A stretch of 64,000 nt of DNA. Origin: Candidatus Bathyarchaeota archaeon (GTDB lineage: Archaea; Thermoproteota; Bathyarchaeia; Bathyarchaeales; DTEX01). The translations under genes were made by a program, and so were the position numbers. The DNA lies in contig JANXEA010000013.1 in assembly GCA_025059045.1 (NCBI GenBank), positions 33,896 through 97,895 of the forward strand, written 5' to 3'. Positions 38,753 to 47,659 of the stretch are shown here, piece after piece (positions within the stretch are counted from its first letter, which is position 1; each line of letters begins with the position of its first letter). The notes below the pieces were generated by a model. The model saw only the letters and a list, made by a program, of their open reading frames with translations. It was not told the origin of the DNA and did no database searches.

Positions 38753-40513
38753 TTAAGACTCGACTGTTCTCAATCGACTTCTATACATCTCAATTATCTC
38801 TGATACTGTTGTCGCGTCTTCAGCTGATTTATCAATTCGATAGTTTCCAGTAAACCTTGGAAATCTGATGGCTAGGCCGCTTCCCCTTCTTATAACATCT
38901 TGCGCACATGTGTGGATTGGACTTAATGTGATTTCTGCACCTATTATTTCAAGAACAACCTTAGGCTCGAACCAAATGTCAGCTTCAATTTTAGATTCAA
39001 CCCTTGGATGACGATGTGTGATCTTATGTTTCTCCATCATCTCCGGAATTTTGAGGAGGTCCTCATCTGTGAACCCTGATCCACACTTGCAGACCGTTTC
39101 GAAAACATCATCTTGAGGGTTGTACGCAGCAAGCAAAAGTGCACCGAATGTTCCCGCTCTCTTTCCCCTTCCATGAAAGGCTCCGACCACCACTAACTCT
39201 ACAGTATCTATCATCTCACTCTTATAGTCTCGTTTATACTTGATCCATAACCATCCCCTCGCCCCGGCCTGATATATAGAGTCTTCGCCGATAGACTTGC
39301 ATACAAGTCCCTCGCAGCCATTTTCTATAGCCTCCTCAAAGAAGCGTTCAAGCTCCTCAGGATTATCCGTCAGAATATAATTCGCTATGTTAATTCTCTC
39401 ATTTGGTTTAATTATCTGTTCAAGGACCCTGTGCCTAGTCTGGTAGGTCTCAGCAGTAAAGTCTTTTCCGTCTGCATATAACACGTCGAAAACGAAAAGT
39501 GAGACCGGATATTCCTTGACGGCTTCTTCTATACCATACTTCCGCCTTCTATGCATCAGTTCTTGGAACGGCTTCATCTCGCCAGTGTCAAGATCCACCG
39601 CAACACACTCAGCCTCAATAATGGCTTGATGAGGAATTATCCATCCCCGAACTAATTCAACAGCATCTGGATACTGATCCGTTATATTCTCAAGTCTCCT
39701 AGAAAAAAGTATGACTTTGTCCCCGTCCTTGTGGGCCTGTATCCTTTCTCCATCATACTTGTACTCAGCTATGCATCTTCCACCAAGTTTTTCCAAGATC
39801 TCCCTTGGCGAGCTTAAACGTTCGGCAAGCATAGGCCTGACAGGGCATCCTATCGAAACCTTAAAATCCTTAAGCCCCTCTACACCCATCTCAGCAGCGG
39901 CTTTTGCCACCTTCCCAAGGTCAGAGGAGACATTATATGCTCTCTCGAATAGGGGTCTTGTCTCTTTCCCGCCACCGTAGGCGATGGCTAATGCGTCGAG
40001 AACAGTCATATCTGCGATGCCGAGGCGTAGCTTACTTGTCACCGTCCTTATGAGATACTTCGCCTCTTTAGGTGTAGCATCCATGAGTAGGCCAGTCAAA
40101 AGATTTATCTTCTGATCAGTGGCGCCTGCCCCTGTGGTCTTCGCCATCTTGTCAAGGGTGTGATATACCCTTTCAACTGTAAGGGGATGAGTGAAAAAAG
40201 TAGACTGGAGCCTTTTTGCCAGCATCTTCTGAGCGGTCTCCCCTAGATCTCCAGTTACCTTCAAGTCTTCTTCAATCTCACTTTCCTTTCTACCACTAGC
40301 TCTTGCAACAGCTCTTACAGCAAGTTTCTCAGCCACTCCTATCTCAATCCCAGTAAAATCTGGGTAAAGTTTTCCCTGCGTTAAATAAACAACTTTATCG
40401 ATCAATGTCTTCGGAGTTTTTCTAAAAAACTCTACAAGGTAATCCGTCATCTCAAGCCTCTTAGTTGTATCTTCAATTTTTTCATATGCCTCAGCAACCA
40501 GAGAATACATCAA
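38753..40513 (-). CDS. lig: ATP-dependent DNA ligase
   Basis: 586 aa. Adenylation motif I (AEYKYDGERIQ) and motifs EGLV.K, LLLAAY and GSGFTDE. Archaeal Lig1-type length. Confidence 0.95.
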   Translation of the reverse strand: MMYSLVAEAYEKIEDTTKRLEMTDYLVEFFRKTPKTLIDKVVYLTQGKLYPDFTGIEIGVAEKLAVRAVARASGRKESEIEEDLKVTGDLGETAQKMLAKRLQSTFFTHPLTVERVYHTLDKMAKTTGAGATDQKINLLTGLLMDATPKEAKYLIRTVTSKLRLGIADMTVLDALAIAYGGGKETRPLFERAYNVSSDLGKVAKAAAEMGVEGLKDFKVSIGCPVRPMLAERLSSPREILEKLGGRCIAEYKYDGERIQAHKDGDKVILFSRRLENITDQYPDAVELVRGWIIPHQAIIEAECVAVDLDTGEMKPFQELMHRRRKYGIEEAVKEYPVSLFVFDVLYADGKDFTAETYQTRHRVLEQIIKPNERINIANYILTDNPEELERFFEEAIENGCEGLVCKSIGEDSIYQAGARGWLWIKYKRDYKSEMIDTVELVVVGAFHGRGKRAGTFGALLLAAYNPQDDVFETVCKCGSGFTDEDLLKIPEMMEKHKITHRHPRVESKIEADIWFEPKVVLEIIGAEITLSPIHTCAQDVIRRGSGLAIRFPRFTGNYRIDKSAEDATTVSEIIEMYRSRLRTVES

Positions 40514-40549
40514 ATTTGATTCCCTCTAATAACTTGGTTAGAAGCAACT

Positions 40550-41440
40550 TCACTCACGTACCTTCACCCCACAATTTGGACAGTAGATTGCGTCGATTGG
40601 CAGTCTCTGCCCACATTTATAGCAGAATCTGGGATTAAAGGCTACAGGAACGCTCTGAATAAGTTCTACCTGTGTTAATGTCTCTTCACTTTTACGCAGC
40701 ATGTGGTACAGGTAAGTCATGCTGATTGGCTGAAGAGGTTGCATGATGGATGTAATAACACTTACAATTAGCCAACGTGCAATTACGTTTTCACCCGCAA
40801 CCGCATTTCCAACAAGATATCCCAAACCATACATCAAATAGGTCAGGGCTAGAATCAGAAAGACCCTCATCCAATAGTTGCTGGCCAGTTTTCTGCTACG
40901 CCGAAAACTCACGATTACCCCTGCATCCTCAATAACCGCAACTTGAACAGATAAGCTGAAAAGAACAAATGCGTAGAGACCTGGAAAGATCAAAAAAATT
41001 GTTCCCACAACCACAAGAAAGCTATAAGCCAAACTGACCATTAATACTGACCAAACATTCGAGAGGAAAAGGCCCAAACTTTTTCTTAAACTCATTTCTC
41101 GACCTCCAATGAGAAAATGGGTGCATGCAGTAGCTATCCCATATGGTAAAGAATAAAAAGTCCATATCGCCACTGTCAATGCGCCAGCTATCGGAACCGC
41201 TATCGAAAGATAATTTATCAATGAAATAAGAAATTCCTCAGAGAAATTCTCAGTAAGAGTGAAGGATGGAAGAAAACATTTTGCGAGCCCAACGATCCAG
41301 ATAACCGCAATATTCGTTAGTAAAAAAGGAAGATAGAAGACTGCAGGCTGTGAGACATAGATCCTGAAAGCTTCACCCATAACCCTTCCAACAGAGGGTA
41401 CATGAATGATGTACCGATCCTCAAATGATTTAGGAAACAC
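40550..41440 (-). CDS. Polytopic membrane protein with C-terminal zinc ribbon
   Basis: 296 aa with about 6-7 hydrophobic segments. The C-terminus reads CYKCGQRLPIDAIYCPNCG. Confidence 0.6.
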   Translation of the reverse strand: MFPKSFEDRYIIHVPSVGRVMGEAFRIYVSQPAVFYLPFLLTNIAVIWIVGLAKCFLPSFTLTENFSEEFLISLINYLSIAVPIAGALTVAIWTFYSLPYGIATACTHFLIGGREMSLRKSLGLFLSNVWSVLMVSLAYSFLVVVGTIFLIFPGLYAFVLFSLSVQVAVIEDAGVIVSFRRSRKLASNYWMRVFLILALTYLMYGLGYLVGNAVAGENVIARWLIVSVITSIMQPLQPISMTYLYHMLRKSEETLTQVELIQSVPVAFNPRFCYKCGQRLPIDAIYCPNCGVKVRE

Positions 41441-41611
41441 TTGATCTTCGCACCTTTAACCATTAAGGATTACTTGGCAGCCCTGAATCGATAATTAAGC
41501 TTATATTCCTCGCAATTATTCTTTGCGTTGCAATGATCGCCTCAAAGTCTCATGTTTTATATTCTACTTTCCTATTATAAGGGATAGTGACTGCGAAGGA
41601 ATCGGGCGGGC

Positions 41612-42646
41612 ATGGGCGTAGATTTAAGCGGACTTGTACCGAAGACCCCTGTCGATCTGAGAAGTCTCAGCGGTAAGCGGGTCTCAATAGACGCGTATAA
41701 TGCTCTCTACCAATTCCTTGCGATAATTAGGCAGCCCGACGGCACTCCCCTTAAGGACAGGAGCGGAAGAATAACAAGTCATCTCAGTGGCTTGTTCTAC
41801 AGAACATGTAACCTACTGGAGTTAGGAATCAAAGTGATTTACGTATTCGATGGAACCCCACCAGACCTCAAAGAAGCAGAAATAAAAAGAAGATCAAAGA
41901 TTAAGGAAGAAGCCCAGCTCAAGTACGAGAAGGCATTAAACGAAGGCAGGATAGAGGAGGCGAGAATGTACGCCCAGATGACCTCCCGTCTGAAGGATTA
42001 TATGGCCGACGACTCAAAACGTCTCCTAACATACATGGGGGTCCCTTGGATCCAGGCTCCCTCCGAGGGAGAAGCACAGGCGGCACATTTAGTAAAAAAA
42101 GGGGACGCAGACTACTGCGGAAGCCAAGATTTCGACAGCCTACTATTCGGGGCCCCCCGTCTCCTCAGAAATTTAACGATTTCCGGCAGGAGGAAGCTGC
42201 CGAGGAAGAATGTTTACGTCGAGGTTGTACCTGAAGTTGTCGAACTTGAAAAGGTTCTAAAAGAAAACGGCATCACAAGAGAGCAACTAATCGACATAGG
42301 AATACTGATCGGCACGGATTTTAATCCGGACGGCGTGAAAGGCATGGGACCAAAAACAGCACTAAAACTTATTAAGAATTACGGGTCTCTTGAGAACGCT
42401 CTCGCCGTCTTGAAGGATTTAGAATTTCCCGTGAACCCCGCATCAATACGAGAAATTTTCCTACATCCACAAGTAACCGACACATACAGGATTGAATGGA
42501 AAGAGCCTGATGTTGAGGAAACTGTAAAATTTCTCTGTGGAGAAAGGGACTTTTCTGAGGATCGAGTTCGAAAAGCCCTAGAAAAAGCCATTGAAGGCAT
42601 GAGTGAATCTAAGGCTAAGAAAACGCTGGAATCATGGTTCAACTAA
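41612..42646 (+). CDS. fen: Flap endonuclease 1
   Basis: MGVDLSGLV......L.GK.V.IDA.NALYQFL..IRQPDGTPL.D..GR.TSHL.G...R......G.K..YVFDG.PP..K, plus SEGEAQAA and GTDFNP.G.KG.GPKTA. Confidence 0.95.
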   Translation: MGVDLSGLVPKTPVDLRSLSGKRVSIDAYNALYQFLAIIRQPDGTPLKDRSGRITSHLSGLFYRTCNLLELGIKVIYVFDGTPPDLKEAEIKRRSKIKEEAQLKYEKALNEGRIEEARMYAQMTSRLKDYMADDSKRLLTYMGVPWIQAPSEGEAQAAHLVKKGDADYCGSQDFDSLLFGAPRLLRNLTISGRRKLPRKNVYVEVVPEVVELEKVLKENGITREQLIDIGILIGTDFNPDGVKGMGPKTALKLIKNYGSLENALAVLKDLEFPVNPASIREIFLHPQVTDTYRIEWKEPDVEETVKFLCGERDFSEDRVRKALEKAIEGMSESKAKKTLESWFN

Positions 42647-42764
42647 TCATTTCATGTAAAAAGGTGGTGTATAAATACAAGATTTATTAATTGTTCGAGA
42701 AGCAATATTTTCCGCCAAACCTGAGAAAACAAGATGGGGGGAAAGTAAACACGGTGAATCCTGT

Positions 42765-44273
42765 ATGAAGATCCGAGAAAACGAAGCATTGATCCTCAAG
42801 TTACTAAAGGAAGCTGGAGGCCGTCTCCTCCTGAACGATGTTGTGAAAATCAGCAAACTAACACATGCAGCAGCTATGCGTGCAGCAATGTCCCTCGAGC
42901 TCAAAAATTTGATTAAAATAAGTGAGAAACAAAGTTCAATAGCAAAACTGACCGATGAGGGAAGATCATACGCGGAGAGTAAGCTCCCGGAGAGACTCTT
43001 GATCGAATCTCTTCAAAGTCTCGGCGGCGAGGCGTATATTGAAGATGTTCTACGACAAGCCAATTTAAGAAAGGAGATGCATGTCATTTCTTTGGGGTGG
43101 GCCATTCGTAAGGGATGGGTGAAGGCGGAGCCGCAGGGAGGTAAGATCCAGCTCATAGGGGAGCCAGCTGAGGGAGAAGACGAAAAACTTCTTTCGCTCC
43201 TAAACAAGAGAGGAACAATTAATATTGAGGACCTTGACCCTCAACTTCAAGAGGCCCTCAAGGTTCTAAAAAGAAGGAACCTCGTCATCGTACGCGTTGA
43301 GAAACTTATAGACCTAGAGTTGACTAAGAAAGGTTTGGAAGAGATTGAACGTGGAATCGAAGTTCTGAGGGAGGTCAGTCAACTCACGCCGGAAATAATA
43401 GTTTCTGGAAAATGGCGTGAATTAGCATTGAAGGAATATGACATTAGAGCGCCCGTGGCTCGCACATGGCCGGGAAAGAAACATCCCTACCTGAGATTCT
43501 TGGACGAATTGAAGGAAAAGTTGGTTGCCCTAGGCTTCAAAGAGATGACGGGGCCAATTGTGGAGATGAGCTTCTTCAATTGCGATGCACTCTACATGCC
43601 GCAGGATCATCCGGCAAGGGAAGTTCACGACATGTATTTCATAAAGGATCCGGAATACGGTGATCTCAGCAGGTACAGACGTTTCCTTGAAAATGTAAGA
43701 GAGACGCATGAAGGAGGATGGAAAACAGGGTCTAAGGGATGGAATTACCCATTTTCAGCATCAGAGGCTGCGCGCCTAATGCTTCGCAGCCAGACGACAT
43801 CATTAAGCGCTCGGACATTAATGAGCGAAGATCTAGAGATTCCTGGAAAATACTTTGCAATAGCTCGCTGCTACCGACCCGACGTCATTGACAGGACGCA
43901 TTTGACAGAGTTCAATCAAGTGGAGGGTATAGTTGTCGGAGAAGGATTAACCCTCCGAGATCTTTTAGGGATACTGGAAAAATTCGCTAAGGATGTTGCA
44001 GGCGCCGATAAAGTGAAGTACAGACCCGATTACTTCCCATTTACTGAACCAAGTGTTGAACTTATAGCCTATAAGGAAGGGTATGGCTGGATGGAGTTCG
44101 GCGGATCAGGTATTTTCCGTCCAGAAGTCACTTTACCCCTTGGAGTAGAGGTTCCTGTCCTTGCATGGGGTCTAGGGGTTGACAGGCTATTCATGATGAA
44201 GGCAGGAGTCGACGACATTCGCTATCTTTTCACTCATAAGCTTGATTGGCTAAGGGAAATGAGGGTGGTTTAG
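42765..44273 (+). CDS. pheS: Phenylalanyl-tRNA synthetase alpha subunit
   Basis: 502 aa. N-terminal winged-helix repeats, then class II motifs (HPAR...D.F, RSQTTS, FAIARCYR, GSGIFRPEV, AWGLGVDRL). Confidence 0.9.
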   Translation: MKIRENEALILKLLKEAGGRLLLNDVVKISKLTHAAAMRAAMSLELKNLIKISEKQSSIAKLTDEGRSYAESKLPERLLIESLQSLGGEAYIEDVLRQANLRKEMHVISLGWAIRKGWVKAEPQGGKIQLIGEPAEGEDEKLLSLLNKRGTINIEDLDPQLQEALKVLKRRNLVIVRVEKLIDLELTKKGLEEIERGIEVLREVSQLTPEIIVSGKWRELALKEYDIRAPVARTWPGKKHPYLRFLDELKEKLVALGFKEMTGPIVEMSFFNCDALYMPQDHPAREVHDMYFIKDPEYGDLSRYRRFLENVRETHEGGWKTGSKGWNYPFSASEAARLMLRSQTTSLSARTLMSEDLEIPGKYFAIARCYRPDVIDRTHLTEFNQVEGIVVGEGLTLRDLLGILEKFAKDVAGADKVKYRPDYFPFTEPSVELIAYKEGYGWMEFGGSGIFRPEVTLPLGVEVPVLAWGLGVDRLFMMKAGVDDIRYLFTHKLDWLREMRVV

Positions 44274-45980
44274 ATGCCGACGGTGGAATACATAAGAGAA
44301 GACTTGGAATCTCTAATAGGCACACCGCTGCCAAGAGAAGATGGCGCCTTAAACGAGATTCTGCTATACGTAAAAGGCGAAGTAAAACACGTCGATGATG
44401 AAGAAATCCACATAGAATTCAAGGATAGTAACCGTGCAGACCTATGGGGCGCAGAAGGACTTGCAAGAGCATTAAGAGGAATCATGGGATTGGAGAAAGG
44501 ATTAAAGAAATATGAGATCAAAGGCAACTCAGGTGTCGATGTATTCGTTGACAGAAGACTAAGCAATATCAGACCTTATATCGCTTGTTCAGTCGTCAAG
44601 AATGTCAAGCTGACTGGCGCCGCCATTAGACAACTGATGCATTTCCAAGATAAACTCGATCAAACTTATGGGAGAGATAGGCGGAAAACATCGATTGGAC
44701 TATACAACTTCGACCTGATAAATCCGCCTCTAGATTATAAAGTAGCCGAACCGGAAGAGATCCGCTTTATCCCATTAGATTTTGATAACGAACTATCACT
44801 AAAGGAGATATTAGAACTTCATCCTAAAGGGTTGAAGTATGCCCACCTAGTCAGGCCGCATCCAGTTTGGCCCATATTCATGGACTCTAAGAAAAAAGTC
44901 CTTTCTTTTCCACCAATCATAAACTCGAATGACTTGGGAAGAATCACAGAAGAAACCGTCAATGTTCTGGTCGAAGTCACCGGGACATCCCATAAAACGG
45001 TGCAGGATACCCTGAGAAATGTAACTTTCGCCCTAGCTGACCGTGGAGGAGAAATCTACACAGTGAAAGTTCACTACCCCTGTGAGAATATGGGCGTTGA
45101 AGTAACCCCGCGCATAGAGACCGAGAAGCATAAAATAGAGATTAGATACGTGCAAAAGATACTTGGATTAGACATTAACCTATCTCAAGTCATAGAATAT
45201 TTAGAGATGTTTAGATACGGGGTAACTGAGATATCGGAGTCCCACATATCCGTAGAGGTGCCTTGTTATCGTGTGGACGTTTTACATCCAATCGATATAG
45301 TTGAGGACATCGCGATAGCTCATGATTACAACAAGATTCAGCCAAGATGGCCTCAACTCTCAACCGTTGGAGGGCTATCTGAAAAGACGCGATTAGCAGA
45401 TATTACGCGGGAACTCATGATCGGCTTAGGGTTCCAAGAAGTACTCACATACTCCCTGACTAGCCAAGAAATTCTATTCGCGAAGATGAATGTAGAGCCG
45501 GAAAAAGTAGTTGAAATTGCAAACCCAAAACTCACTTCTATGACTTGCCTTAGGAGCTGGTTGCTTCCTTGCCTTATGGAATTCTTAAGCCATAACCTTC
45601 ATGTGGAATACCCGCAAAGAATCTTTGAGGTGGGTCCATGCGTTATCCCTGACCCAAAAGAAGAGAATAAAGTCCGTGAATTCAACGATCTCGCCGCGGT
45701 GATCATTCACTCCGAAGCCAATTTCACAGAGGCGAAATCGATACTAGACGCATTCCTTTCGAACCTAGGAATCGCCTATGAGATTTTAGAATGCGATCAC
45801 GGCAGCTTCATACAGGGAAGGACGGGGAGAATAATGGTCGGTGATGAGGAAGCCGGCATAATAGGAGAGATACATCCACAAGTTCTCTGGAATTGGAATC
45901 TTGAAAATCCTTCAGCCGCATTCGAGATTAACATTGACAAACTAAGAAAGCACCTCAAAACCTCTGGCAGAGGCACATAG
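44274..45980 (+). CDS. pheT: Phenylalanyl-tRNA synthetase beta subunit
   Basis: 568 aa, immediately after pheS (TAGATG junction). B3/4 and B5 domain pattern of archaeal PheT (PPIINS.DLG.IT..T.NVL.EVTGT). Confidence 0.9.
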   Translation: MPTVEYIREDLESLIGTPLPREDGALNEILLYVKGEVKHVDDEEIHIEFKDSNRADLWGAEGLARALRGIMGLEKGLKKYEIKGNSGVDVFVDRRLSNIRPYIACSVVKNVKLTGAAIRQLMHFQDKLDQTYGRDRRKTSIGLYNFDLINPPLDYKVAEPEEIRFIPLDFDNELSLKEILELHPKGLKYAHLVRPHPVWPIFMDSKKKVLSFPPIINSNDLGRITEETVNVLVEVTGTSHKTVQDTLRNVTFALADRGGEIYTVKVHYPCENMGVEVTPRIETEKHKIEIRYVQKILGLDINLSQVIEYLEMFRYGVTEISESHISVEVPCYRVDVLHPIDIVEDIAIAHDYNKIQPRWPQLSTVGGLSEKTRLADITRELMIGLGFQEVLTYSLTSQEILFAKMNVEPEKVVEIANPKLTSMTCLRSWLLPCLMEFLSHNLHVEYPQRIFEVGPCVIPDPKEENKVREFNDLAAVIIHSEANFTEAKSILDAFLSNLGIAYEILECDHGSFIQGRTGRIMVGDEEAGIIGEIHPQVLWNWNLENPSAAFEINIDKLRKHLKTSGRGT

Positions 45981-46080
45981 ATTAAATTAAATCTCCAGTT
46001 CTCTTCAAATTTTAATTTAGGAAAAATTTATTTTCCCCTGCGCAATCACTTTCAAATGGTTATGAGATGAGCCAATAATC

Positions 46081-46290
46081 CCGCCGACCCTCATCTATGA
46101 GGTCCGCCTAAACGGACTCGACCGAGATGGAAACCTTATCCATCTATGGGGGAGGGCGTACCCAGGGGCGGAACAAGGCGGGCGTGGGTGTCAAAACTCC
46201 GCGTCAGAGAGAGCCCAGTTGAGAAGAGCGCGCCCGCTCTGCAGTGAAACTGGGTGTTAGTAACGCGGAACACATTGACACCCACGATAA
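46081..46290 (+). ncRNA. GC-rich structured RNA candidate containing an H/ACA-like guide hairpin (family unassigned)
   Basis: A GC-rich island in an AT-rich 438-nt gap between convergent pheT and rpl24e. Domain 1 (46082-46158) is closed by 46082-92/46148-58 and holds two hairpins. Domain 2 stacks H1 (46183-94/46275-86, 12 bp), H2 (46198-204/46263-69), an 8/7-nt internal loop, H3 (46213-20/46248-55), a GAGA/GCAGUGA loop, and H4 (46225-30/46235-40). ACACA lies at 46270-74. Boundaries are uncertain and may extend to 46035-46390. Confidence 0.45.
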
Positions 46291-46418
46291 AATTCTACGC
46301 AGATATGAATATCTGGAAGAACGAAGATGATGTATGCTGAGAGTTCATTTTAGATAATGGAACATATTTTAATCCATTACGCAGTGGAGGAAAAATTTCG
46401 GCGAAGAGAGATTACACC

Positions 46419-46625
46419 TTACGTCAAACTTGGCTTAGCTCTTTCTTCCTTCATATAATAATCTGTCCACTTTAGTTTGCGGGGATCCCGCTTCAATTTG
46501 ATGGCATTCTTCCGACATTTACTGGAACAGAACCATTGTACAGTTCCATCATTATTAACATACATTATCCCAGTTCCTGGATGAAATTCATGACCGCAAA
46601 AACTACAACTTCGCGACTTTGGCAT
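46419..46625 (-). CDS. rpl24e: 50S ribosomal protein eL24 (L24e)
   Basis: [40 protein letters not shown]. The internal ATG at 46625 was chosen; the ORF reaches 46634. Confidence 0.9.
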   Translation of the reverse strand: MPKSRSCSFCGHEFHPGTGIMYVNNDGTVQWFCSSKCRKNAIKLKRDPRKLKWTDYYMKEERAKPSLT

Positions 46626-46674
46626 TAGTAACACCGGCCGCTATTTTCAACAAACCGAATGAGGCTCACTCCCT

Positions 46675-46893
46675 TCATTTAATTTTTCTAGCTTCTCTTT
46701 CAGTCTCTCGCAGCATGAGTATATCGTCCAGCCTTACAGGACCTTTAACATTCCTTGTTAATATTCGTCCCTTCTCCGGACCATCGAGTATTCGAACACG
46801 AACAACCGTCACTTCACCCGCAACCCCTGTTCTTCCAATAATCTGAATGACCTGCGCAGGTGTCGGTACTTCCTCTTCTTCTTTTCGGCTCAT
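46675..46893 (-). CDS. rps28e: 30S ribosomal protein eS28 (S28e)
   Basis: [60 protein letters not shown]. Confidence 0.9.
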   Translation of the reverse strand: MSRKEEEEVPTPAQVIQIIGRTGVAGEVTVVRVRILDGPEKGRILTRNVKGPVRLDDILMLRETEREARKIK

Positions 46894-47273
46894 CAGCCTG
46901 ATCCTTCCCTAATCTTCGCAACCCTTGCGATTATTTCTTTAATCAAGTCTCCAGCTTCGCCAGGATCTATTATTGAGGCAGAAGCAGAATTCACCTCAAT
47001 ACCCACGGAGGCGCCTAATTTAGCCTTGCTTGGAACAAAAACGTAAGGTATCTTCCTTTCATCGCATAGGATCGGCAGATGAGCAACCACTTCTGGTGGA
47101 TCAACATCCTCGGCGATCACAACAAGCTTCGCCAAACCACGTTCAATAGCCTTAGTGGTTTCGTTAGTTCCCTTACGTACATTTCCCGTCTTAGAGGCTA
47201 TTTGCAAAGCTTCATAAGCCGCGTTCGCAACTTCATTTGGAACTTGAAACTTAACATAGAACGGCTTCGACAT
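46893..47273 (-). CDS. rpl7ae: 50S ribosomal protein eL8 / L7Ae (K-turn binding protein)
   Basis: [79 protein letters not shown]. The ORF extends to 47315. Confidence 0.9.
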   Translation of the reverse strand: MSKPFYVKFQVPNEVANAAYEALQIASKTGNVRKGTNETTKAIERGLAKLVVIAEDVDPPEVVAHLPILCDERKIPYVFVPSKAKLGASVGIEVNSASASIIDPGEAGDLIKEIIARVAKIREGSG

Positions 47274-47413
47274 CCAGACCACCGAAACCTCATCAACATA
47301 CGTTTCAGTTTGCAACCAGGCTCCTAACTATTATGGGATCTCCCTATATATGTTGCGGTTTAATGATTTTTAACGGTCGCTCTAAAGACTATGGGGACGG
47401 TGTTGTCATGGAT

Positions 47414-47659
47414 CTAAACTGTTACTACCCTTTTAACCTCCGGTACTCTTGCCTTCAAATATCTCTCTACACCGTATTGGATGGTCAACTGCGACATCGG
47501 ACAACCAACACACGCACCCTTAAGTCTAACCTTCACTGTCCCATCGTCGTCCACATCGATCAGTTCAATATCCCCGCCATCAGCCCTAAGCCTGTACTGT
47601 ATCTCACTTATGGCTTTCTCAACTTCCTTCTTCAATATTGCGCACCTAACCCTACCCAA
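47414..47659 (-). CDS. NifU C-terminal-domain (Nfu-type) Fe-S cluster scaffold/carrier protein
   Basis: 81 aa. I..RLRADGGDIELIDVDDDGTVKVRLKGACVGCPMSQLT...GVE. carries the CxxC Nfu motif. Confidence 0.8.
   Translation of the reverse strand: MGRVRCAILKKEVEKAISEIQYRLRADGGDIELIDVDDDGTVKVRLKGACVGCPMSQLTIQYGVERYLKARVPEVKRVVTV

Noticed and set aside
38587-38853. ORF-track + strand ORF of 88 aa across the RNA candidate and into the lig 3' end.
   Set aside because: It overlaps the heavily base-paired RNA region and the well-supported ligase gene antisense. The product is Arg/Leu-rich with no recognisable features.
46081-46290. SRP (7S) RNA or RNase P RNA as the identity of the GC-rich RNA. CCCAGG..GGAA and GUCAAAACUCC resemble 7SL helix 8 flanks, and a closing helix with two hairpins resembles an Alu domain.
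   Set aside because: **Against SRP RNA.**
- The helix-8 signature (3-bp stem, GGAA tetraloop, AGCA symmetric loop) is absent.
- AACUCC pairs downstream rather than with an upstream GGAGUU.
- No 5'-3' helix 5 can be drawn.

**Against RNase P RNA.** There is no CR-I or CR-V.

The RNA is left unassigned, with only the H/ACA-like hairpin noted.
46326-46340. A possible C/D box sRNA: GAUGAUG at 46326-32 followed by CUGA at 46337-40.
   Set aside because: The boxes are only 4 nt apart, whereas about 12 nt of guide is needed. The C box deviates at its last position. No C'/D pair follows on either strand.
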